DNA of 63,751 nucleotides, filler included, from Chiloscyllium plagiosum (GCF_004010195.1; 4 parts of 2 records of this genome joined end to end with filler, not necessarily neighbours in it), one strand, 5' to 3'. Positions 27,415-40,247 are shown, counted from the first letter of the whole stretch. Numbers and translations are program-made. Notes: a model not told the origin generated them from the letters alone.

Positions 27415-30017
27415 ATGAGGAAGGTGTGCCAAGCAGGCTAAGATAAAAGGTAGGGAGGAGGGACTTGGGGGAGGGGTGTTGGGAATGCGATAGGTGGAAG
27501 GAGGTTAAGGTGAGGNNNNNNNNNNNNNNNNNNNNNNNNNNNNNNNNNNNNNNNNNNNNNNNNNNNNNNNNNNNNNNNNNNNNNNNNNNNNNNNNNNNNN
27601 NNNNNNNNNNNNNNNNNNNNNNNNNNNNNNNNNNNNNNNNNNNNNNNNNNNNNNNNNNNNNNNNNNNNNNNNNNNNNNNNNNNNNNNNNNNNNNNNNNNN
27701 NNNNNNNNNNNNNNNNNNNNNNNNNNNNNNNNNNNNNNNNNNNNNNNNNNNNNNNNNNNNNNNNNNNNNNNNNNNNNNNNNNNNNNNNNNNNNNNNNNNN
27801 NNNNNNNNNNNNNNNNNNNNNNNNNNNNNNNNNNNNNNNNNNNNNNNNNNNNNNNNNNNNNNNNNNNNNNNNNNNNNNNNNNNNNNNNNNNNNNNNNNNN
27901 NNNNNNNNNNNNNNNNNNNNNNNNNNNNNNNNNNNNNNNNNNNNNNNNNNNNNNNNNNNNNNNNNNNNNNNNNNNNNNNNNNNNNNNNNNNNNNNNNNNN
28001 NNNNNNNNNNNNNNNNNNNNNNNNNNNNNNNNNNNNNNNNNNNNNNNNNNNNNNNNNNNNNNNNNNNNNNNNNNNNNNNNNNNNNNNNNNNNNNNNNNNN
28101 NNNNNNNNNNNNNNNNNNNTCCCCTGAGGTGATGAGGTTATGGATGGTCTGGGAGATGATGGTTTGGTGGTGGGAGGTGGGGTCATGGTCAAGGGGGCAG
28201 TAGGAGGAGGTGTCCGCGAGCTGGCGTTTGGCCTCAGCGGTGTAAAGGTCGGTGCGCCAAACTACTACCGCGCCTCCCTTGTCTGCTGGTTTGATAGTGA
28301 GGTTGGGGTTGGAGCAGAGGGAGTGGAGGGCTGCACATTCCGTGGGTGAGAGGTTGGAGTGGGTGAGAGGGGTGGACAGGTTGAGGCGGTTAATGTCGCG
28401 CTGCAGTTGGATATGAAGAGATCGAGGCCGGGTAAGAGGCCAGCACGGGGTGTCCAGGTGAATGGGGTGTGTTGGAGGCGGGAGAAGGGGTCTTCAGAGG
28501 GTGGGCGAGAGTCTTGGTTAAAGAAGTAGGCGCGGAGGCGAAGGCGGCGGAAGAATTGTTCGATGTCTCGCCGCATGTTGACTCATTAATCCGGGAGCGT
28601 AGGGGGATGAAGGTGAGGCCTGTGTCGAGGACTGATCTTTCATCCTCAGAGAGGGGGAGGTCTGAAGGGATAGTGAAAACACAGCAGGGCTGGGAGCTAG
28701 GACCTGGTGTGGGGCCGGAACTGGGAGTGGGGGTCGGAATTACGCATGGGGGCGGAGTTAGTCGTGGGGGCAGAGATCAAAATGGGGGTGGAGATTGACG
28801 TGAGAGTGGCGTAGTGTGCGGTGTGGTCCTTGAGCAGGTGAGTGACGTCACTGTGGGCAGAAGTTGCTGCAGTGATGGCAGCTCTGGGGATGGAAGTGGC
28901 GTGCTGGGCAGAAACGACGCTGGTCCCGGTGGCCATGGATCCCGCGGCGGCCGCATATCTGTCGGCGATGGTCTTCCTAGTGATCGTGGAGGTGGTTGTC
29001 TGGGTGGCGATCGCGGAGGCTGCATGGTCAGTGGTGGCTGTTGTCCGTGCGGCCGTGGGGGCGGAATTGACGTCACCGTTCGCTGCGGTGGCTGCAGTGG
29101 CTGCGTGGGCAATGGCGCCTGAGCGGTTCCGGAGGTCACGAGAAGATTCAGGAACGGTCAAGGAATCCGGAGTGTGGGGGTGAGTTTATGAATGTTTTTT
29201 GTACTTACTTTCTTTGATGTTCGATATGGCTCGGAAAAAACGTTTGTCCAGTGTATGAATTCTTCTGAGGATGAAGAACATCAAAGGTCCTTTGCAGGTC
29301 TGGGACAGTGTTGTCCTGAGCTGGGGCAGGGCTGACTGCAGGGAGTGTAGGTAGCGGCACATGGCTGCGAGTGTGGAGTGGAGGATCCGGAGGGAGGTCT
29401 GTTGCTGGAGGTTTTGGATTTGTTGCAGGTACAGGTTGTCCTGGTTGGGTCCAAATTGTGTTGGTCTGAACGTAGTCTGGAGTCCGTGTGGGGTCAGTCG
29501 GTTCCGTAGACAGGTGCTGAGGAAAGAGATGTGGCTGTAGTAGTGAGTCTGTTTCAGGACGTGGCTGAAGAGCTTNNNNNNNNNNNNNNNNNNNNNNNNN
29601 NNNNNNNNNNNNNNNNNNNNNNNNNNNNNNNNNNNNNNNNNNNNNNNNNNNNNNNNNNNNNNNNNNNNNNNNNNNNNNNNNNNNNNNNNNNNNNNNNNNN
29701 NNNNNNNNNNNNNNNNNNNNNNNNNNNNNNNNNNNNNNNNNNNNNNNNNNNNNNNNNNNNNNNNNNNNNNNNNNNNNNNNNNNNNNNNNNNNNNNNNNNN
29801 NNNNNNNNNNNNNNNNNNNNNNNNNNNNNNNNNNNNNNNNNNNNNNNNNNNNNNNNNNNNNNNNNNNNNNNNNNNNNNNNNNNNNNNNTCCTGACCTCTC
29901 CGCCACCACCCCCTCTCTGGCCTATCACCCTCCTTCCACCTATCGCATTCCCAACGCCCCTCCCCCAAGTCCCTCCTCCCTACCTTTTATCTTAGCCTGC
30001 TTGGCACACCTTCCTCA

Positions 30018-30050
30018 TTCCTGAAGAAGGGCTTATGCCTGAAACGTTGA
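30018..30050 (+). ncRNA. Minimal hammerhead ribozyme motif, family A
   Basis: CTGAAGA-A-GGGC-TTAT-GCCT-GAAA-CGTT. One G-U pair in stem II; GUU site. Confidence 0.62.
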
Positions 30051-31969
30051 TTCTCCTGCTCCTTGGATGCTGCCTTACCTGCTGCGCTTTTCCAGCAACA
30101 CATTTTTCAGCTCTGATCTCCAGCATCTGCAGTCCTCACTTTCCCCTGGAACAGGGTGGAAGACAGTATAACATGGGTAGGAGGGGTCTTTGATTATGTT
30201 GGATGCTTTCCCAAGGCAGCTGAAGTGGAGATGGAGTAAATGGAAGGAAGGTTGGTTTTGTGATGGACTTAGTTGCGTTCACAATTCTCTATAATCTCTT
30301 ATGGTCTTGCAAAGACCAATTGTCATACTAAGCTGTGTTGCATCCAGATAGGATGCTTTCTATGGTGCATCTATAAAAATTGGTAAGGGTAACTGTGGAC
30401 ATGCCAAATTTCATTAGTCTTCTGAGGAAGTAGAGGCATTGGTGTGCATTCTTGACTGTAGCATTGATGTGGATGGACCAGGACAGATTGTTGGTGATGG
30501 TCACTCCTAGGAGCTTGACGCTGTCGATCATCTCCACCTCAGCACCATTGATACAGACAGGGGTGTGCCCTCCACTCCACATCCTGAAGTCAATGACCAC
30601 CTCCTTCATTTTGCTGACAATGAGGGGGAGTTTGTTTTCTTTACACCATGCCACTGAGCTGTCTCTTTCCTGTACTCTTGTTGTTGTTTGAGATCTGACC
30701 CACTACAGTGGTGCAATCAGCAAATTTGTAAATGGAGTTAGAGCTGAATTTGGCCAGACAGCTGTGAGTATATGAGGAATATAGTCAGGGGCTGAGTACG
30801 CAGCCTTGCGGGGCACCAATGTTGGGCTATCCTAACTCATTGCAATTTGTGGGATAGGAAGTCAAGGATCCAGTTGCAAAGGGGGGAGAAGAGTCCTAGC
30901 TCTCAGATGTTGAAGATGAATTTGGTTGGAAATTGTGGTATTGAAGGCAGAGCTAAAGTCAATAGATGTCTGTCATCGGTGTCCTTGTTATCCAAGGTTC
31001 CAGAAATGAGTGTAGGGCCAAGGAGTTGGTGCTTGCCATGGACCTGTTACAACAATAGGTTTATTGTAATTATCAAGGCAATCGGAAAGGCTAGATTATG
31101 GCACATAATGGATGTGAGCCATTACTAACCTCTCAAAGCACTTCATAACGATGGAAGCCAGAGCCACAGTGCAGTAGTCATTAAGGCACGTTGTCTGATT
31201 TTTCTTTGGCACCGGAATGATTGTGAAGCAGGTGAGAACATCACATTGTAGTAAGGAGAGGTTAAAGAAGTCTGCAAATACTCCTATATGCTGGTCCACA
31301 CAGGATCTGAGTTCACGGCTCGGTCCCCATCCGGGAAATCACTTTCTATGCGTTCACCCTCAAGAAGACCAATCTGACCCCTGCAGCAGTAACTCTGAGT
31401 ACAGGGGCACAGAAGCTGTCAGGCAGGTGACATCATGTCACTGAGCTTCTGATCAAAACGAATGTAGAATGAATTGAGCCTATCAGGGAGGGATGTGTTT
31501 TTGTCAGCAATTCTACTCAACTTCACTTTGTATCTCTTTTAAGCCTTGCCACTGTCAATGTATGTTCATGTGGTTAGTCTGGGACTCTAGTTTAGTCTGA
31601 TATTGTCTCTTGGCATCCTTGATGAATTTGCAAAGATTGTATCTGGATTTCCTTTATAGGTCAGGGTGACGTGACTAGAATGTCTCAGACCTAGACTTCA
31701 GTAGAGAGTGATCTCTCGGTTCATCCATGGTTTCAAGTTATGGAACACTCAGATTAAATTCTTTGGCTCGCAATCCTGCACACATTTACTGATGAAGTCT
31801 GTGACGGTAGTGGCATATTCATTTAGGTTGGCTGCTGAGTTCTTGAACATTCATCAGTTCCCTGACATCAAGGTGTCATGTAGGAGCTCATCTGTTACCT
31901 CAGACCAGCATGGTACAACTTTCTGTACTGGATGCTCAGGCTTCAATTTCTGCTTGTAAGCCTGGAGAA

Positions 31970-32302
31970 GGGGTAGCATGGTGGTTCAGTGGTTAGCACT
32001 GCTGCATCACAGTCGCCAGGGACTCAGGTTCAATTCCACCCTCAGGCGACTGTCTGTATGGAGTTTGCACATTCTCCCCGTGTCTGCATGGGTTTCCTTC
32101 GGGTTCTCTGGTTTCCTCCCACAGTCCAAAAATGCACAAGTTAGGTGTCATGGCTGTGCTAAATTGTCAATAGTGTTTAGGGATATATAGGTTAGATGGA
32201 TACAGGGATAGAATAGGAGTCTAGGTGGGATGCTCTTCAGAGGATCGGTGTGGACTTCATGAGCTGAATGGCCTATTTCCACACTGTTGGAATTCTATGA
32301 TT
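31970..32302 (+). mobile_element. HE1-type V-SINE
   Basis: A/B-box-like head (TGGTTCAGTGG; GGTTCAATTCC), V-domain and CR1-like tail. Confidence 0.85.
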
Positions 32303-32639
32303 CTTTTGGTCTGATTTACCAAAATGCAGGTAGGGGATGGAGCAGTAGGCAACTTTGATTGTTATGCAGCAGTGATCCTCTGGTGGGACAGGAGATGTAT
32401 TGATGGAATCAAGGTTGTACACTTTTGAGGTTAGTCTGGTTGAAGTCACTGATTATAATGAACAAGGCCTCAGGGTATTCCAGCTTAAGGCTATTTGTCG
32501 CAGTGTATATTTCATCAAGTCTGCTCTTCACTTCCGCATGGGGTGGGATGTAAATTGCTGTCAGGATAGCAGAAGTTTGTCTACATATTGAATTTAAAAT
32601 GTGCATCTCCTGTCCAGGTGAGCTAATGCTACAAACAGT

Positions 32640-33770
32640 TTTTAGTAGAAGTAGAACATCTGTTACTGGGAAAATGTTAGAGTCTATTGAAATTCAAAAT
32701 ACATAATATAAGCCAACAGGGTCAATATAGCTTCAGGAGGAGGACATCATGCCTGACTAATTTACTGAAGCGTTTTGAAGAGGTAACAAGCAGGGTAGAT
32801 GAAGAAGAAGCAGCGTACGTAATATGTTTGATTTTCCAGAAGTATTTGATAAGGTACCACATGTTGGGTACTATAGTGTTGACTGAGGAATGCCTGACTC
32901 ATAGAAGACAAAGAGTTTGGGTAAGGGGAACATTTTCACAAGGTAACCTGGAACTAATGGAGAACTACCAGTTGAACCAGGTGTGGAGGGACTGTCTTAT
33001 GAGGAACAGGCTGAATAGTTTAGGCCTATACTCATTAGAATTTAGAAGAATGAGAGGTGACCTTATGGAAATGTACAAGGTTCTTAAGGGGCTTGACGAG
33101 GTAGATGTGGGTGGGGAGGGGGGTGTGGGGCGGTGGGGTCATTTCCCTTTGTGAGAGAATCTAGGACCTGTAGGCATCACCTCAGAGTAAAGGGTAAGCC
33201 AGTTCGGACAAAGGGAGGAATTCTCTCACAGGATGGTGAATCACTGGGGTGGCACGGTGGCTCAGTGGTTAGCACTGCTGTCTCACAGCGCCAGGGACCT
33301 GGGTTCAGTTCCTGCCTCAGGTAACTATCTGTGTGGAATTTACACAATCTCCTGGGTCTGCGTGGGTTTCCTCCAGGTGCTCCAGTTTCCTCCCACAATT
33401 CAAAGATGTGCAGGTCAGGATTGGCCATGCTAAATTGCCCATAGTGTTAGGTGCATTAGTCAGATAAATATAGGGGAGGGGAATGGATTTGGGTAGTTTA
33501 CTCTTCAGAAGGGTCGGTGTGGACTTGTTGGGCTATAGGGCCTGTTTCCATACTATAAGGAATCTAATCTAATTTAGTTTACAAAGGGCTGTGGAGGCTA
33601 GGTCATTATGTATATTCAAGACTGAGACAGATTTTTAACAGTAAGAGAATTAAGGTTTATAGGGAAAAGGCAGTAAAATGGAGTTGAGGAATACCAGATT
33701 AACCATGGTCTCATTAAATGGAGAGCAGACTTAGTGGACTGAATAGCCTTAATCTGCCCCCTCCAAATTA
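32640..33770 (+). mobile_element. Old CR1 LINE with internal deletions, interrupted by an HE1 SINE
   Basis: ORF 32687-33154 joins SCLTNLL..FEEVT to LGLYSLEFRRMRGDL. Confidence 0.75.
33246..33572 (+). mobile_element. HE1-type V-SINE
   Basis: GGTGGCACGGTGGCTCAGTGGTTAGCAC head, V-domain, (AATCT)n tail. Confidence 0.88.
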
Positions 33771-34687
33771 TGTTCCAAGTAGGGTAAGTGAGCAAGGGTA
33801 GAATTGGATCTAAGTAGGGATTGTGTGGTCAGAGGGTCAGGATAAAAAAAATGGGAAGGGTGTTTGGGAAAATTGAGAGAAATGAAGTATTTCAAAGGGT
33901 GATGATAGAGGCATAAAACAAAGGGAAATAATGATGAAGAAGTGTTGCAAACTGTTGAAGTGGGGGAGTTCTGGAAAACTCTACCATCGAGTTCTAGAAT
34001 CCTTCTCTATTTGCTGAATCATGGAATGGATAAAAGAAAATTGTAATTATTTTACTGTATCATTTCACTGTAGGTATTGAACACAGAGCTAAACATTGCC
34101 AGTACAATTTACCAATGTTGTACAAGATGCCAGCATTGGCAGGTGTGACTAACCAGGTGTGACACTTTTGATATTGAAAACGTCTATCAGAGCATCACCT
34201 ACAGGTATAACTGCTAATACCGGCAGTATCATGGCCTTGCCCCTGGGGCAAGATTACACTGAAAGCTTTCAATGAAGCACTCACTCCATGTATCAAGATT
34301 AATCCATGCAAGTCCAAAGAAGAAAAGATCAATCACATAGAGTCTTACAATTATTTGGACAGCATTTTCTATAAATAGCTCCATTCTATAACAATTATTT
34401 GGTTACTTCAAAAAATGTAATGCTTTCCAACAATTGAAAGACACAACAGAAAAAAATAGAAAACGTCATGCAAATTATTGCTCCATCAAAAATCATTTTG
34501 AAGTCGATGTGTAACTGACTTTAGATTTTGACAGAATTCCAACCGCTTTAGGTGCAAATTATTTTAATACAATGAGACCATTTGCAATTAGTACAGCCCA
34601 ACTCAAATTGATTTGATGCAGCAGACAACAGCTCAAGCCACATCAAGGGAAACTGCTCTCGAAACTAAGCAAACCAGTTTGAGGTAC

Positions 34688-34891
34688 AAAGTTAAAAATC
34701 AAACAACACCAGGTTATAGTCCAACAGGTTTAATTGGAAGCACACTAGCTTTCGGAGCGACGCTCCTTCATCAGGTGATTGTCACCCGAAAGCTAGTGTG
34801 CTTCCAACTAAACCTGTTGGTCTATAACCTGGTGTTGTTTGATTTTTAACTTTGTACACCCCAGTCCAACACCAGCATCTCCGAATCATGA
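34688..34891 (+). mobile_element. Penelope-derived foldback mini-element, family B
   Basis: ~70-bp inverted arms. 13-bp TSD CAGTTTGAGGTAC at 34675-34687 and 34892-34904. Confidence 0.88.
34743..34777 (-). ncRNA. Minimal hammerhead ribozyme motif, family B, intact
   Basis: CAC-CTGATGA-A-GGAGC-GTC-GCTCC-GAAA-GCTA-GTG. Stem I CAC/GTG, 5-bp stem II, palindromic AGCT stem III, CUA site. Confidence 0.8.
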
Positions 34892-35807
34892 CAGTTTGAG
34901 GTACTGTGTGTTGTGTAAAGGCTTCAAATGAGCAGGTCTTTTCCAGTTGTTCATCACAATGACATGCTTGACAGATGAAAAATGGTGACTCACAAGATAG
35001 TTCACCCAAAAGTATTGATAACATCATGTTTTTATTTCACTCGTCTATCAAACACAAGTAAACATGCAAGTGTGTTTTTATGTCAACATGAAGTAAAGGA
35101 ACAAATTGTTATTCAGCTGAAGTAACATTTTTATACATCTACTAAGAAATTTCACTTCAAGCTGCATATATCTGACTGACTAGAAATTAACATAATTTTC
35201 TTAGATACCCCAGTGTCTCCATTCAACCTTCAGACTCCCACATCCCTTCTTAACTTATAAGGAAGACTTAGAAGTGAGGTACAGACCATGGAAGTAACAT
35301 TGATTTCCAACCTGAATATTTACTGTATAATGGTTATAGTTTGGTAAGTAGTTTGACCTAAATAAAAATTGAAAATCAGAAAATCAGAAACAAAAATAGA
35401 CATTGCTAGAAAAGCTCAGCAGATCTGGCAGCATCCGTGAAGAGAAATCAGAGTTAACACTTAACTGAGTTAACTGGTAAGTAGTTTGAGCTATAGGGAG
35501 AGGCTGAATAGGCTGAGGCTATTTTCTCTACAACATCAGGTCTTAAGGGGTGACCTTAGAGAGGTTTATAAAATTATGAGGGGCATGATTCAGGTGAATA
35601 GCCATGGTCTTCTTCCCAAGGTGGGGAGTCCAAAACTAGAGGGCAACAGTTTAAAGTTCCATTCTTTTCCTATTTATTATGAGAAATCTATGAAGAGTAG
35701 TAGAGGGGTAAAACAGGAAATTAGAAACGTTAGGAGGAAAACTAGTAAAGGCCTTTTAAAGCATACTCAAAACTAATCAGACTGTAAGGATGAAGAAGGG
35801 TGTTTAA

Positions 35808-36110
35808 ACACGGGAAGAATTTTACTGACCTCTGGGATGGAAGGTTATGATGAGGGATAAAATTATGAGGGAGGGGGTCTTGAGGCTGAACAAGAAGCCT
35901 CTCCTTTGCCCTTACCTGACACCAATCTGTGCAGCTGCAGCTGCTCAACTTCCCAATAGCATAGAGTTCCCATTGCCACAGGTAAGGGGAGGATGGCCTT
36001 AATAGTAAAATAAAACAAAGAACTGCAGATGCTAGAAATCTAAAATAATAAAAAGAAATTAGTGGAGAAACTCAGTAGGTTGTGGAGAGAGATACAGAAC
36101 GGGAAAGGGA
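35808..36110 (+). repeat. Copy 1 of a ~300-bp local direct duplication
   Basis: Near-identical to 37480-37800, apart from a short indel. Confidence 0.9.
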
Positions 36111-37479
36111 TGGGGGGAGAAAGGAGAGAGAGAGAGAGGAGAGGATGGGGAGAAGGGGGGAGAAGAGAGAATGGAGACAGGGCAATTATATTAAATATTA
36201 TGTCTATTTTACAAATAACATTGTCACTAATGTTATTGTACTAGACCAACTTTGGAAAAGGAATTAATTCTAAAAAATGATATAACTCAAAGTGAACAAG
36301 CTGTCAGAGATGCTTGTGTCATACACCTTACATATTTCTAGAAGTCACAGGAAGTTCTGACAGGGTAGTTGCCCTTCATGTTGAAAGCTCAAATTAGAGG
36401 CCACAGTTTCAAAATAAAGGGTCTCCTATTTCAGTTGGAGATAAGGTGGATTTTCTTTCAGTGTCTGTTGATTGTTGGAATTCATCATCTCAGAGAGTAC
36501 GAAAGGCAAGTTATTGAATGTATTCAAGGGCAGGTTAGACAGATTTTTGATTTGTAGTGGAGCCAAGGTTATGGAGATTGGAGAGCAGGTGAGAAAGTGG
36601 ATCAAATCAGTCATGATCTTGTTGAATGGGGGAGAGGCCAAATAGTTCACTCTTGCTCCTATTTGTTCTTATAAGACAACAGAGGCAGTGGAAACAGTTT
36701 TACAATCGTCCAAAAGTATGAAAAATGTGTTGAGCCGGGACAAAGGCCAAGGCAACACAGGCCGAGAAAAGCAGACTGATGAAGTGTTTGGAGTTCTAAC
36801 AGAGCATGGGTTGTCACAGTAAGGTCATAGTGATATATTTATATGACATAGTGGTTAGGTCACAGCTAGAATATGATGTGCAGTTTTGTATGTCCAGTAT
36901 AGCACAACGTAAATTCACTAGATATTGCCAGATACTGGAATGGCTTTCACCATAACAGAAAAGGTTGAAATTTAACTGTTTAAATATAAATGTTTGAAAC
37001 ATGATGATTGACTGAATTCAGCAAGATTATTTACTCCAGAATCAGTGATGATATGTTTTTTAAATTCAAATGATCCAATAAAACTAGTTTCTTTCAATGT
37101 TTTTGAATCTTGGAATCTTTTCGACAGGCAATGATTGATGCACAGAGTAAAATTAAACTGAATTAATACTTGAGACTGAGGAGAATGCAAGATGATAAGA
37201 TGAGTGGATTATTTTTGGTTAGCTCAAGCAAAGAATTAGTGCAAAGAAAACACTCACTTTTTCTCATTCCCTCGTGGGATGTGGGTGTCGCTGACTAGGT
37301 CAGCAGTTATTGCCTGCTCCTAGTTGCCCCTGAGGTGGTGGTGGTGAGCTGCCTTCTTGAACCGCAATGTCTTAAAACACTTTATAGCCAAGGAAATACT
37401 TTGAGTTTGCACATTGTTGTAATGTAGGGAAGAAGGTAGCCAACTGGCAATCATCAAATCCCACATCTGACATCATGAC

Positions 37480-37800
37480 CACGGGGAGAATTTTACTGGC
37501 CCCTGGGATGGAAGGTCTTGATGAGGGATAAAATTATGAGGGGGGTGGAATGCCTCCAATGGATCTTGAGGCTGAACAAGAAGCCTCTCCTTTGCCCTTA
37601 CCTGACACCAATCTGTGCAGCTGCAGCTGCTCAACTTCCAATAGCATAGAGTCCCCATTGCCACAGGTAAGGGGAGGATGGCCTTAATAGTAAAATAAAA
37701 CAAAGAACTGCAGATGCTAGAAATCTAAAATAATAAAAAGAAATTAGTGGAGAAACCCAGTAGGTTGTGGAGAGAGATACAGAATGGGAGAATGATGGGG
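37480..37800 (+). repeat. Copy 2 of the ~300-bp local direct duplication
   Basis: Near-identical to 35808-36110. Both copies run into GA-rich simple sequence. Confidence 0.9.
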
Positions 37801-37975
37801 GAGGAAGAGAGGAGAGAGAGAGTAGAGAGTGGGGAGAGAAGAGAGAGGGGGAGGAGAGAGGGGGGAAAGAGAGGGGTGGGAGAGGGAGTGGGTGGGAGGG
37901 GGAGGAAGGAAGATGGAGGGATGGGGGAGTGCACTGGAGAAGTCCTTCTCATGAGGAACACGCTGTTATTTGTTT

Positions 37976-38141
37976 GCACTAGCTTTCAGAACGCTGCTCC
38001 TTCATCAGATGGACAACCACCTGATGACGGAGCAGTGCTCCGAAAGCTAGTGCTTCCAAATAAACCTGTTGGACTATAACCTGGTGTCATGTGATTTTTA
38101 ACTTTGTACACACCAGTCCAACACCAGCATCTCCAAATCAT
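37976..38141 (+). mobile_element. Penelope-derived mini-element, family B, with short inverted 5' arm
   Basis: Inverted hammerhead copy (37977-38011), then a forward hammerhead and the family B terminus. Imperfect TSD TGTTATT..TTTG. Confidence 0.82.
38018..38052 (+). ncRNA. Minimal hammerhead ribozyme motif, family B, intact
   Basis: CAC-CTGATGA-C-GGAGC-AGT-GCTCC-GAAA-GCTA-GTG. Confidence 0.78.
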
Positions 38142-38199
38142 GTTATTATTTGGTTTTCTTTAAAACGCAGCTTTTGAGATGGTGTTCTGTCTTAAACAT

Positions 38200-38390
38200 T
38201 CCTTTCGTGTGAATCCAAGGAAAGCAATGAGACCAGACGGAGTACCAGGCCGTGTAGATCAACTGGCAGAGGCCTTCTCAGACATCTCAATCTCTCCCTG
38301 CAGCAGGCCACTGTCCCTGCCTGTTTCAAGAGGGCCAACATCATCCCTGTGCCTAAGAAGTCTCATGCAGCATGTCTCAATGACAACAGC
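38200..38390 (+). mobile_element. Rex1-type RT fragment
   Basis: Encodes VNPRKA..PDGVPGRV..DQLA..F.DI. Confidence 0.7.
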
Positions 38391-39230
38391 CCATATGGGG
38401 AGGCATCGCAGGTCAATACCAGATCTCACGTGGGATCATAGTGTGCCAACATAGATAATGGCAGCTGTTTTTTTTACTTCCCTGAAATTGATGGTTTGGC
38501 TACGCGATCATTTCAAAGACTGACTCTTATTGTTTTTCAAAGAGTTGATGCAAAGGTGCCAAGATAGAGACCAAGTTACGCATGAACTTTCTGTAATAGT
38601 TCACCAGCCCAAGGAAAAGCATAAGCTCCAGTATGGATGTGGAGCTGGAGCACCTTTGATTGCCCTCACTGTATTGAGGTCACATTTTTCCCACCTAAGA
38701 TGTACATCTGCCTGGGAGAAACATCTAAGGACTATGTTCAAGGTCTCTAAGTGCTCCTTATCGGTCTTCCCAGTCATTTGCACATCATCCAGATAAATGT
38801 GAGACCTTGTAATATGTTCTCTACCATTTAATGAAAAATAGCACCGGCTCATGGTATCCCAAATGGCAATCTCATACACTAGTACAAACCCTTATGGCTA
38901 TTAAATACATTTGGGAATGCAATTGCAAGTTATGTATGACTCACATCCAGCTTTGTGAAGGACAGCTTCCCTACCAGCTTTGTGTATAAATCCTCAATGT
39001 GAGGGACTGGGTATTTATCCAGGTGCAAGAAATGGTTTACCACTTGTTTAAAATCCCCATAGCAGTGAACTGAGCCACCAGGCTTCACAGGTGGTACAAA
39101 CAGTGCTGCCCATTCCACAAACTGGACACATTTACTGATTCCTTTACTTTCCAGCCTCCTGCTTTCTGTCTCTGCTTTTGCCTGGAAGGCAAATGGCCCT
39201 GGGCAGGCTTTGCAGGATCATGGATTGCTT

Positions 39231-39690
39231 AGCGGGTTTTGAGAAGATTTGTAGCTCAGGTTGAGGGTCTGGATGTAGGTTTGCTCGCTGAGCTGGAAGG
39301 TTCATTTCCAGACATTTTGTCACCCTACTAGGTAACATCTTCAGTGGGCCACCAAGCGAAACACTGTTCATGATTCCTGCTTTCTAGTTATATGTTTGGG
39401 TTTCTTTGGGTTGGTGATGTCATTTCCGGTTCTTTTTCTCAGGGGGTGGTAGATGGGGTCTAACTCAATGTGTTTGTTAGACCCTATCTACCACCTCCTG
39501 AGAAAAAGAACAAGAAATGACATCACCACTGGAAATGACATCGCCAACCCAAAGAAACCCAAACATATAACTAGAAAGCAGGAATCATGAACAGTGTTTC
39601 GCTTGGAGGCCCACTGAAGATGTTACCTAGTAAGGTGACAAAACATCTGGAAATGAACCTTCCAGCTCAGCGAGCAAACCTACATCCATG
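39231..39690 (-). mobile_element. Penelope-derived foldback element, family C (~200-bp arms) with two decayed hammerheads
   Basis: 39270-39465 is inverted relative to ~39475-39688. Motif CCA-CTGAAGA-TGTTACC..GGTGAC-AAAA..TC-TGG at 39611-39650 (+) and 39308-39347 (-). TSD GGATTGCTT at 39222-39230 and 39691-39699. Confidence 0.8.
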
Positions 39691-39933
39691 GGATTGCTTC
39701 CTGGTCAATTTGCAATGTGGCCTTGGCTCCTTTGACAAATCCTAGACTTTCCTGAAAGACTTTCAGGTATTTAGTTAGGACTTCACTCAACATTTTCTAA
39801 TCTGATAATGTTGAGCCAATTTCAGTGAATCTCTCTCAACCAATTTCGCCCCAACAAGCTTGGGCCCGAGCCTTTGACTACAATCAGTGGTAACTGAAAC
39901 TGCTTCTCAGAAGAGACTGGAATCAAAGTTGAT

Positions 39934-40247
39934 GATTAGATTAGATTACTTACAGTGTGGAAACAGGCCCTTCGGCCCAACAAGTCCACACCGCCCCACC
40001 GAAGCGCAACCCACCCATACTCCTACATCTACCCTTTACCTAACACTACGGGCAACTTAGCATAGCCAATTCACCTGACCTGCACATCTTTGGACTGTGG
40101 GAGGAAACCGGAGCACCCGGAGGAAACCCACGCAGACACGGGGAGAATGTGCAAACTCCACACAGTCAGTCGCCTGAGGAGGGAATTGAACCCGGGTCTC
40201 TGGTGCTGTGAGGCAACAGTGCCAACCACTGTGCCACCGTGCCGCCC
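39934..40247 (-). mobile_element. HE1-type V-SINE, young
   Basis: Complete head, V-domain, CR1 tail and (AATCT)n. Confidence 0.9.

Larger units (their letters stand above)
27323..30146 (-). mobile_element. Penelope-like element, family A, with inverted terminal arrangement (gapped)
   Basis: Minus-strand ORF pieces KLFSHVLKQ.. and DIEQFFRRLRLRAYFF resemble a PLE ORF N-terminus. 27321-27515 is an inverted repeat of ~29930-30112. TSD TGGAA(G/C)AGGGTGGAAG at 27307-27322 and 30147-30162. Confidence 0.85.
27226..32600 (-). mobile_element. Rex1/Babar-type LINE (endonuclease and RT), interrupted by a PLE (27323-30146) and an HE1 SINE
   Basis: ORF 32409-32606 (AIYIPP..DFNQ.NL), 31096-31299 ([25 protein letters not shown]) and 30328-30654 (KMKEVVIDFR). 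Confidence 0.85.

Noticed and set aside
27356..29995. Long ORFs containing X runs (also 51571-52287 and 53062-53612)
   Set aside because: Artefacts of translating through N gaps.
33246..33320. tRNA-like sequences with A and B boxes
   Set aside because: These are heads of HE1 SINEs, continuous with the V-domain and LINE tail, not tRNA genes.
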